Made by a program: the position numbers and the translations under genes
DNA from: Dimorphilus gyrociliatus
Taxonomy: Eukaryota; Animalia; Annelida
Direction: 5' to 3'
Assembly: GCA_904063045.1 (NCBI GenBank)
Contig: CAJFCJ010000007.1
Coordinates: 2,611,404-2,675,403 of the forward strand
Length of the DNA: 64,000 nt
The notes under the pieces: generated by a model
What the model saw: the letters and a program-made list of their open reading frames with translations, nothing else
The model's database searches: none
What the model was told of the DNA's origin: nothing
Shown: positions 1 to 10,635 of the stretch, one piece after another
Numbering within the stretch: the stretch's first letter is position 1
Layout of the letters: every line of letters starts with the position of its first letter

Positions 1-1666
1 TTAAACTCTTCTAACAAGGATTGAGTGCAAAATTTTGAACATAATAAACTTGACGGCAATTTTCCATATTCTAATTTCAATACTAATGGCAATTTAGAAG
101 TGCTAATCAGATGAAATTCTTCTTTATCAATTGTATACATTTTTGACGGCTCTCTTAATGGGATATCATTCGACAAAACGCGCTGATTAAATGAACCTAT
201 TAATTTTCTTTTTCCGCAAAGTTCTTGTCTAACTTGAACCAACTGTAGGAAACTAAAATTATTATATAAATTAATTAGTTACGTACTCTACAAACATAAG
301 TGAACTTCGATCTATGTCCCAAATGATCATGAAAAGGTATTCTGCCTAATTGAAATCTATTGATCCATAAATTGGCATAAAACTTTTGATCTTGTATCAA
401 ATTATATTTTAAGCAATCGCTTCTATTTTTATATTTAGCTTTATTAGCTACAATGGTTTCAATTTGACTGTTCGTAAAAAATTTACAGTGTTCAAAGTGT
501 TGATCCAAAAAGTTTTTATCAATTCGTTCCCTCTGAATAATAAAGGTCTTCTTTTCAGCTGTAAACAGATCGTAATGCTAAACAACGTAGTTATAATAGA
601 AATTAAATAAAAGTTCATTACCCATTTTCTTCATTAGGTATTTAAGTAGGTCACCATCAATACCTTGGAAATTACTACAAATCACATAACGTTCGGAATT
701 ACCTGGTTTGCTTGTGAAAGGTTTAAATAGCTTAACCTAAAAATATTTGATTAGAATAGAGTTTCCTCTATTATTATGAAAGTTTTACCTTTTCAAAACA
801 ACAGACTAGTAAATATATTAGAGATATCGATTGTGCTTCGAAAAGTGTGAATGCCTTTAATACAGCAGATCCTCCTTTATTAAGAATTGTTAGAATAGCA
901 ATAGCTTCGGCTTGTATTAAATGCGCAACAAGAAGTTCCTGTCGATCTGGAGCGTCGGCGCAATCCATACTTCCATCTGCAGTAATCTACTTATGGAAAT
1001 AAGAATTTACTGATCTTATTTTTTTTAATAACAATGCTAACAATTACGTACAAAATTAACATGACGTAGTTTACTTTCAGCCTCTTGTATGAGTCCAGCT
1101 AAATTTTGTATTTCAGAAATATCTCCTGTATTATCCATTCCAAAATACCAATGATCCAGGGTTTTGACAATAAATCTGTCGTCATCTATCATTCTTTTTA
1201 AGTCATTCCCTTCGTAATATGGATTTAAGCTTGTAGCAACCCATTGCCAATCTATTGTTCTATTATTCTCAAGTCGCAGTTTATGGTTTAATGATGCTAG
1301 AAACGCTCCTGGTGCTTCACATATATGCACTGATCTAAGGCGTGTTTTTTCATGTGTCAACTCTTCATTTGAACTAAGAATTTCGTAAAATTTACACCAG
1401 GCCTGAGTGCATAATTCTGGTCCGAAGGAATCTTTTACAAATTTCACAACACCGCCAGCAGGATTTGTCAAGTTTGTGTGTTGGTGCCAGTCTTGAATGT
1501 CGTAATCGCTTAAAGAAGATTTAACTATGTTTAATTCATCCCTTAGTGATATAAGATTTTCTATTTCCCAAATCTCTTCGCAAAAAAATCCAGCCGTTAA
1601 GTTTTTGGCACTTATTTGGTCATACACACAGAATTTTCCTAATTGGAACTCATTCGAACTACACAT
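1..1666 (-). CDS. CMTR2: Cap-specific mRNA (nucleoside-2'-O)-methyltransferase 2; 3' end runs off the window
   Basis: Seen: ORFs 1037-1813, 774-968 and 275-508 join through GT-AG introns and give ELCTQAWCKFYEIL, SVHICEAPGAFLASLNH, LNPYYEGND, TADGSMDC, GGSAVLKAFTLFE, KPGNSERYVIC and CSKFC. Known: these are CMTR2/FTSJD1 motifs. The ATG at 1666 is inferred; the ORF-track start at 1813 is a GTG. Confidence 0.93.
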
Positions 1667-1743
1667 TTCGCATCGTAAACAACGTAATTCTGTATTATCG
1701 CCCAACAAATACCACCAGTTTATTTTTAAACAAAAAATAGCTA

Positions 1744-1755
1744 TTTTGGCGCGAA
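1744..1755. promoter_or_regulatory. E2F/DP binding element (TTTTGGCGCGAA) upstream of CMTR2
   Basis: Seen: 11/12 match to the DHFR-type E2F element TTTCGCGCCAAA, about 80 bp upstream of the inferred ATG. Function is inferred. Confidence 0.55.
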
Positions 1756-2094
1756 TATCGTTACAGCATTTGATGGTAAATATTGCGCCGCTGCATTTAT
1801 TTTTAACAAACACATGGCAGGCAGTTCAATCGTCTGGTACAAATGTTAATATGAAAAGCACTTTTTACATGTAATTTAAACATCACCCTCCCGGGTAACT
1901 AACAGAAATCGTAGAAACACGAAGAAATTTAACAACTTTCTATGTTCTAAAACTCATCCTCACTACTACAGTAGCTATAAATTTGAAAACTTTCCATTAA
2001 CTGGTTAATTTGCTAATAGTGTCAGCTACAAAAAAATAGAGCATCCAAATAAAAAAAAGTGAATTAAAACAGGAAACAAAAGAGAATCCCTTAT

Positions 2095-4087
2095 TTATAC
2101 ATCTATAGGACTCGACCTTGAGCTGTCGTCATCATCTTCCTCCTCTTCATCGTCGCTAAGACCATCTGGGCTATCAACTGGCGTAAAGTGAAGTTGCGAT
2201 AATGTTTGAATTGACGGGTTACTGGCTCCCTGACGGCTCTGATTAACTAGTGTCTCTTCCAAACCATTTGGTCTCGTTAATGCTGTCAAATAAAATTATA
2301 TTTCATTGAGTTTTAGCATAATATTTATTGTAGACAACCTCGAACGTAAGGTTCTAAGTTCGATGACACAAGACTGACGGCTTTCTGAAGATCGGCTGCA
2401 GAGCATTGGCCATTTTCTAGGCCAAAGGCTAAACTCATTCGTTTCAATACTTCGATGTCGTCGTGAATTTGGAAGGATTGATCAAACGAAAAAAGATATT
2501 CTTGTCTGTTCATAAGGGATTAACAAGAAATTGTTAATATAATATTAATAATGAAAGCCATAGTAGACTAAAAGCTTACTTATCGGTTGATATATTACAG
2601 TCAATTAAAGTTTTTTTGCCAGTGGAAACAATAATAAACGGCAATTGAATAACCGAATTCTTGGGCAAATTCCTGTGTTGCTCCTTGAATTTTTTATTTC
2701 TTTCAACCAAATTTTTGAATGCAATTTGCTGCAGCAATAATTCACGGAACTCAACCAGACGATGTCTTATTCTATCTTGTCGCTTTAATTTCTCCATTTG
2801 CAAGTTTTGACATTCTTGAGCTGAAGAGGTCGGTAAGCCACGCCACTTTATCTCCTTTTTTTGCTTTTCAATTATATTCATAGCCATCAACACGTTTAAA
2901 GCGTCGTATACTCTACGACGAATATTTTTCTAAAAGAATGATAGCTATTTAATAAAGGACGATAACATAGATATGCATTACATACCTGATCCGTATTGGT
3001 TAATGTATTGGCTGGAGCAAATTCAGCCACCAATTCATCTGCAACCTCGTTGTAGGATGTTGTCCCCTTCTGTTCTACCTTTTCACAAACTTTCATTGAA
3101 AAGTGCCGTAAACCCTTATTACCCTTTTCCGAACGCCTTGATCGCTTTACACTGAAAAAGATTATACTCAACAATTTCTAACAATTTTTATTGACAATAG
3201 ACATACTGCTCAGTCTCTTCCATAATTGGAACGGCAGGGGTATCAATGCTTCTCTTACGAACTCTTGGACCCCATGACCCTAGAGTAGGTTCATGAGGTT
3301 GAGTAATTTTTGTTGATTTCACCGTAATAGGGCTAGCTCCTGATGTATTAGGAAGGCCGGTTACTGCAGTCAAAAGTTTGTGCTGTATCTGAATTCCAGA
3401 TGAAGCTGAAGTATTTGAACCGGAGGGAACGGTTGTTATTACTTTCTGTTAAAAATAAATATTGAAATTATTCCAAAAGTGCTCTTTTTTTTGTTGATTA
3501 ACTGCGTCGAATGTATTATCGCTAACCTTCGTCACATTCGCTGGAATAGTGCGAATTGGAACTGATCGAACGTTAGAAGCCGATGTACGAGTCGAGACAA
3601 TTTGAACTGAAGCACGTACAACGTTTGATTAGAGTGTAAACAATTAAAAGAGAAATCATAAAAGTTTATAATTGATGTAAAAAAAAATTAGCTTGCAATA
3701 TTTTTATTTTTAAATGTGTAAAAAATAATTTTGAATTAAGTACCTTTCGAAAAGCCAGTTTCAGGTAAAACTCGTGTCTGAAATAAGAGTCTGTTTAGCT
3801 TGTGTCTATTCATTCAGTTCATATTATACTCACGCTATTATTAGTATTGGAGTCAGAAAAGAAATCCTGCGATTTTACCGTCTGCATATTTTGTACAGGT
3901 TTCATTTGTATTACTGTTATGGGTGATTTTCCTGTGTGCATCGTCTTTATTTCTGTCGCTACATAAAATACAAATTGATATTATGCCGTAGCAGTTAAAT
4001 CATGACTGATCAGTAGTAAAAGTACTTACAATTATCATCCCATAGGGTTTGTAGAGCAGCATTGTCACCAGTTTGCGATGTAGCCAT
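2095..4087 (-). CDS. TFDP1: Transcription factor Dp (E2F dimerisation partner)
   Basis: Seen: [75 protein letters not shown] and an acidic C-tail. The first coding exon MATSQTGD... (4087-4030) splices in frame. Confidence 0.95.
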
Positions 4088-4139
4088 ACTTAAAAAGGAT
4101 TTTAATTGTCCTCTCTATCCGATTGTTATGAATTTTCGA

Positions 4140-4460
4140 GGAACGCAGGAGTGCACACTTCAAAATGGCGGCTCTCAACCGAGGCAATCAAACACGCTAA
4201 ATTTGTCTTACGATCTAATTTTCTTCTCTATATTTGAGCAATACTTCTTTAAGAGTATTTTTTGCTAATCGAATCGTCCTCTGATGCAACAAAGGATAAT
4301 TTTTAAGCGCTTTTCACTCAGTTAGCGCCAACTTTCCGGGCGCTGATTTTGGCGGTGATACATACAAGCTTGCAGCTGATTGGAGAATGCTACCGGAAGT
4401 GTTTGTTCTTTTACCTCGTTTCGGTAAGCTGTTTCCTTTTCCGGTGGGATTTTGTTTGGG
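4140..4460. promoter_or_regulatory. Bidirectional Dp/RPL27 promoter with YY1-, E2F-, ETS- and TCT/TOP-like elements
   Basis: Seen: CAAAATGGCGGC 4161-4172 (YY1-like), GCGCCAA 4325-4331 and TTTGGCGG 4348-4355 (E2F-like), CCGGAAGT 4393-4400 (ETS/GABP), and pyrimidine initiators TTCTTTT near 4406 and TTCCTTTTCC near 4433. Known: TCT/TOP, ETS and YY1 elements typify ribosomal protein promoters. Confidence 0.7.
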
Positions 4461-4531
4461 TGAGTGTCTTCTCTACTTAAAATCAGAAAATATCTATTTA
4501 TTCTTATATTTTTAACCCACGAGCAGTTAGG

Positions 4532-5060
4532 ATGGGGAAATTTATGAAAAGCGGTAAGGTAGTATTGGTCCTTAGCGGCCGATATGCTGGCAGAAAAGCC
4601 GTAATCATCAAGGTAATATTTTTATTATATGAGCCAACGCGTGTTAGAATATAAAGACAATTTTCATAGAACTACGATGACGGCACTAACGAAAAGGGCT
4701 ATGGACATGCTCTCGTTGCTGGAATCGATAGATACCCAAGAAGAGTTACGAGAAAAATGGGCAAAAAGAAGCAGAAAATGCGCTCAAAAATTAAGCCGTT
4801 TTTGAAAGTTGTCAACTACAATCATATGATGCCGACTCGCTACTCTGTCGACCTTGTATTCAACAAAAACTTCGTTAATAAAGATGCCGTTACTGATCCC
4901 GGCAAACGCAGAAAGGCCAGACGAGACATCAAGGCTAAATTTGAAGATCGGTAAGTTGACTAAAAACCAGCATGGTTACCTTAATATTCACTATGATTTT
5001 TTAACTAACAGGTATAAGTCTGGTAAGAACAAGTGGTTTTTCCAAAAACTGCGTTTCTAA
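4532..5060 (+). CDS. RPL27: 60S ribosomal protein L27 (eL27), 3 coding exons
   Basis: Seen: [27 protein letters not shown]|NYDDGT...[11 protein letters not shown]...[12 protein letters not shown]...KFEDR|[15 protein letters not shown]. Confidence 0.98.
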
Positions 5061-5575
5061 GTATGTTGAAGTTTCCAATACAGTTTTGCTCTTTTGCTTG
5101 ACTTAATGATAACGAAAATGCGTGATTTTACTTATTTTTTTATTAAGTGCAATATTCATAATTTATTTAAGATAAACGGGCAACTTAACGATAGGTTATA
5201 CATATACATATACAGCATACATATTTGTACATATAAACTGCATATATATGCACCAATGAAAAGTTAAATATGTTCATTCTGAGCAGATATCCTTAACATT
5301 AACAAAACCTGATTAGCTTACTGTAGGAAAGATCTCACATTATTGAGTGAGCAGTTTTGCACTGCATAAAAACTGAAGTATTAAAATAGTGACATTAAGA
5401 TATGATTTAAAATTCTCAATATCTGCATGATTTAACGATATTCTTTGGACAACTTAAATAAAACGCAACTGCAGAATGAACACAAATTAAATGATAACGC
5501 TTCAACACAATCTAATGAACAAAGGCATTTACATATCGAAGACTCAATACTGTATTCGTAGTTACGCCTCAGATA

Positions 5576-8500
5576 ACTAGTCACCAGACTCCTCTGCAGC
5601 ATTTATATAGCTTGCCATTAGCTTTACGGCTTCGAACATCTGTGCGTATTAAAAATAGTTTACATTATCGAGAAGAATTCACGTGCTTACTTTAACTTTA
5701 TCCATGAGTACTAATATCTGGGAAACATTAGCAGCATTCAGAACAATTAATAGGCAATCATCATCACACCCTCCGAAAGTTACGATTTGCTGATATTCAA
5801 AACTGTCTACTTCATCCTACAAAAAGCATAAATTTTATGAGTAACTGGTGAAATATATAAAAAATTGCAACAAACAAGTGTCTCGGGATGAAGTAAGGCA
5901 ATTCCTCTATCAAATACTGCTAAACAAACTGGAACAGGAGAAGGACTTACCACGTCTTTTCTCTGAAATGTATATAAACAAATTTATCTCTGTAGCAATA
6001 AATAATCAAGAAAGTTATATAATGTACCACTGCGGGAAATAGTTTAGCTCCGAAATACTTCCAACGTCTTAAAACATTCAAATAAGCTGTTACATATTCT
6101 GATTGACTTTGCTTTCCCTGTTTCATCCATTTCCAAACAACAGCTTGTTCTAATCGGCGAAGTTCTTCTTCTGGTACTTTTCTGTATTTGCTAGGAAAGA
6201 ATTTCTTCATAACGTCGGGAATGGACTCGGTAGATTCATTTGAATAGGGCCCCAGTGTTATCTGGGCCATTAGGGCAGCTAATGATAAGGCCATTTCACG
6301 ACTTATCGGAAATCTTCCATTCCTTACATCATCATTAGCCTGGTAGGCTAACAAGTAGCGTTCTTGTTCTGTTTGAAATTTGTCTCGTTTCGACCAATAC
6401 AATCTGTTCTTGAAAACTAATCTAGCCGTTTGCCCTCTTATGAATTTCATACCTGCCCTAGCTCCATACGCTTGTTCCCACTGTGAAAGAACATCGCAAA
6501 GCTTTGATTGTAAGCTAGGACAGTACTCAACATCATTGACACTAAAATCTGCGAATAATGCAAAACCAGTTTGCTCGGAAGGCGGTAATTTCAAAGCAAC
6601 ATTTAATGACGCAGAAAATTCAGCGACAGTGGTAGAACCATCGAAACTGACAACTTTATGCTGACCGTCCATAATGCTCACGGCAATACTATGAGGCATT
6701 GAATGTTCAAAAGGTTTGTGACGAGAGAATGACATCACTTCCACGTAAGAGGGTCGGCAAAGTCGCCCACCTTTCTCCTGGGCTCTACTTAAAGCAGAAA
6801 GACTGAATGCGGAAAACTTGTGTGTTGAGAGTAAGACGTGTGAGGGAGGACGACAGTGCTTTTGTAAGTGAACTTTGAGGTATTGCATGAGTATATGCCT
6901 TCGGGGCAAGAAAAATGATAGAGTAAAGGCAAGTAATTGCCAGCTTCTTTCGAGAGTATCCGGTGGCGTTTGAGGTGACGCCAGATCTAAAATAGAATTT
7001 GTTTGTTTGAGTACACTTCGAGAGGATCCACAACAAAACAAATTTGGAACTCCAGTTGCTTTTTCCAATCGATTTTCATGAGTTGTTAACTTAATTAATT
7101 GACAAAAAAGTTCGTCTTGCAGTTGAGGTACATCCAGACACATTTGAATAATAGTTTGTATTTTTTCAACGTGGAAGTCCAAGTTTTGATCAGCACCAAA
7201 GGGCTTGTGAATAAAATGTATTAAATACTTATACATTTCAATAGCCATATTTCTTGTGACTTGATCAGGAATCGATGTTAGAGGTTCACTTAGGCTTACA
7301 TCTGATCGGACTAGTATACATCTTTTCCAAGCCGAACAGTCGCTAGCCCATTGAGCAGCTTGCAAATCGTTTATTAGTTTCTCAAATTCTGTTCCTTCCC
7401 CTCCGCCAGCGGCCACACTTAAAGCTGACCTCCAAGCATCCTTCTCAACTTCAGAAACAAATAGCAAATAGGTAGGCACACGGGATCCAGCCGGCCAAAC
7501 GCTAAGAGATTTATAACCATCCCCTGAACCACTAGAATCTGTAGTTGCTCCGCAGTCCGATTCGATGCTTTCGTCTACATCTTCAATTCTAGCTTGATCT
7601 ACATTTATTGTCTTGAGGGGTAATTTGTCAGTGCTATCACGATAAAATAATAAATAATGTCCGGCAAGTAAGGCCCAAACGGTTCTTCGACGTCCCCTGG
7701 CAGCTCGAATCAAACGACCTTGGCAACTTCTATGATTATGTTGCAGGACATTATCGGATGTTTTTTTCCGTACAATATTTTGTATAACTATATTTGAAAT
7801 AAATATATTTTGGATTAATGTAAAATTCTGATTTAGTTTTACCTTTCACCCATCGTCTACAATCTTTATTTGAATCACATGCAAGGGTCCAAGCACATTT
7901 TGCATTTGAAACATGAAAAGTACTTGCTCCAGTGACCCAACGAACTCGAGTATTAGCATCCAGTGTAAGGCAATCTTTATTTTTCGGACGGACTATGTCG
8001 GCCTGAATGATTTTATATATTAACTTAACAATACTATGCAATCTAAACTCTTACCTCATTTTTGCAGCAAATTAGGACGAAGCATTTAACGCAGCAATAT
8101 ACCTTTTTCCACTTTAACTTTGATCCTAGTTTCAATAAACATGCAGAACGTTGAAGGGACCTGGTGTCAAACGTTGGAGATTCGCATCTTTGAACTTTCT
8201 CATCGGGCTCCTCACTATCACTGCAACTACTCACTTCCACAGCTACTTGAGCATAATCAACGTCTGATGCACCACCAGAAGAAGGATTGCTAGATACCAC
8301 TCTTTTCTTTGATAAAGACGTACTACTCGTTCGATCAGCCCGATAAACGAACGATGTTGACTTTTGTGCAGCTGGAGATGCAACTGTTTGTAGTGTTAAT
8401 GGATTACTATCCTCCTCATCAGAGGAATCACAATTAGGATGAGGTACAGAGATATTGTGAATTCTAGTAGCTCTCTGTATAACAATGGAAGCATTTTAAT

Positions 8501-10095
8501 TCGTTATGAATTTAAAGCTAATAAGAATTTACCCCCTTTAGAACAGAAAAAACCGGTACTGTAGTCCGTCGGTCAACGCCGGATATAGCAGAATGTAAGC
8601 TTTCGTCTTCGACAACAGTTTGTGCAGGTTCTGCAGAACAAAATAACTCCTTCTATTTTCAGAAACACACAGACAAACTAAAACTTACGTATTAGATTTA
8701 AATTTGATGCTCTATCAGATGATGTTTCACATTTTAATCCATTGCATTCGGCTAGCGAATACAAAGCTTCTTCCCAGGAAGCAACTTTCCTAAGAGGTGG
8801 TGTGGGGGGTTTGGAGAGTCTTCTATTGGCGCTTGTTCCTCGCCATTCACGCGTTCCTTTAAAGGCAATATCAAGTTGTGACGGTCTTGATTGACGCTTC
8901 TGACGGGGGAGAGTCGCGCAAGCATCTCTTATAAAGGCAGCATGAGCATAATCTGGTTCATTTTCTACTGATGGCGCTGGGGATTTAGATTTTTCTCGAC
9001 TTGATCCCGTAATTGCTGGTGATCTAGAACGCCTGTGACTGTTTCTAACTGATGTTGCAGCTGCCGTGACTAGCAATTCGGAACTTCTCGATGCCATAGA
9101 AGTTTCACTACTAAGACCATGAGAAGCATGGAACTTCTTACGTTTCATTTCAACAGCAGGTGGTACTTGTCTAGGGGCGTAGATTGCCTGATGGTCTCGT
9201 TCGATTTCTTGATAATCGGGATCTTCCTCGTCCAAACAGTCAGGTGTTGTTGTTATTTCGTTATCGACTTGAGAACCGGATAATGAAGAATGAGGTGGAA
9301 TAGGCGGTGGAGAAAATTCCCTCGATACCAACGAATTCTGCCAAGTGATAAAAAATTCATCAAAATTAAAAAATAAACATAGGAAGAGAGAAGCTTAACG
9401 AACCGTTAAACTTCTACGTGCCTCTTCAATACGTCTTGACAAAAGATCAGGCATTTGTTGCATTGCAAAACGTTGTTCGTCTAAATCATTTTTCTGACGT
9501 TCGTTTTCAGCCTCTAATTCTCGAACCTTTTCTTCTAGTAGAGCTGTTGTACTTTTAAATTGCTGTAATACTTCATTTTCCCTTCGTAATTGTTCAATTA
9601 AATGTTGTTGTTCAACAATAGTCATATTGGTGTTTCTTTTGAACTTTGCGACTTCTTCTCTCTGTAATTTGAGTTATATAATATCGGAAATTAACGTAAA
9701 ACAACATAGAAAGAAAATAGAGAAAGAAATACAAATATTCATACCTGCTGTCTTACTTCTAACTGGAGTTCTTCTATCATATCATATCTGTTACCACCAT
9801 TTGCTATTTGTCTATTATCCGCTAAAGGCAATTGTTCCATTTGTTCTTGCAGTCTCTCAACTTGTCCTTTGTATCTCCGACAATTCTCCTCAGCTTCTTC
9901 CTTCTCTTTTGCCAACTGCTCCATTTGTGATCGAATATTTCCTCTAATATATTGCAATCTACATTGCATACTGTCTCGAAATTCGTAAAATTTTTTTCTC
10001 CATTCCGATACGTCCCAATCCTCGTTTTCGCTCATAGAATCAGTGAGACTAAGAGTTGTCGGAGATGGTGAAGTCTTTCGGTCTCTTGCTGCCAT
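5576..10095 (-). CDS. PLEKHH2: Coiled-coil + 2 PH + MyTH4 + FERM protein (PLEKHH1/2, MAX-1 family)
   Basis: Seen: N-terminal coiled coil, KVASWEEALY motif, PH-like segments, MyTH4 (LQDELFCQLIK...WQLLA) and FERM (FDGSTTVAEF, FGAKLF, IVTFGGCDDD). The last exons 5964-5860, 5817-5692 and about 5640-5576 were reconstructed by eye. The paralog number is arbitrary. Confidence 0.9.
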
Positions 10096-10635
10096 TGCAA
10101 TATCTTTCTACTGTAAGCTCTGAGTAGGTCGAACGACCGAGCTAGATTTAATTAACTTCTCTTGGACATTAATCGTGTTTAGTAGTAACGGAGGTTTATA
10201 AAATATGAATCCTCCATTCTACAACTTCATTTAAAAAAAAGAATAAAAAATTTTCATCACTGACAACTTTTTAGCTGTTAGATGTCGCCGCTTACCGGAA
10301 ATTTATATAGATACGTAAAGGTTGTGAAAATTTTCTCGAGCTGTCGGCTATTGGTTAACTTAACGCGAAATGCTATTGGCTGTCAACATATTTGTTATAG
10401 CGATAAAAAAACTGTCTGCATACTTGAAATTTTAGCAGCGGAAAGTCGACTTTTGCAGCCGTATGATCCTTTAACTGCTATACCAAGTGGAGGACGATCT
10501 AGCGACGATCTCATTTAATTTATACTATTGAACTAAATTTGTATCAATTACTGGGCGATAACGAGTCCGATTATCTCATTAGAACATCTGTCATCATTCA
10601 ATGTTTGAATTTTTTTCAATATATTATGAATAAAT

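Noticed and set aside
1667-1813. GTG-initiated N-terminal extension of CMTR2 in the ORF track
   Set aside because: It has no recognisable CMTR2 similarity and contains an E2F element, so it is more likely promoter/5'UTR.
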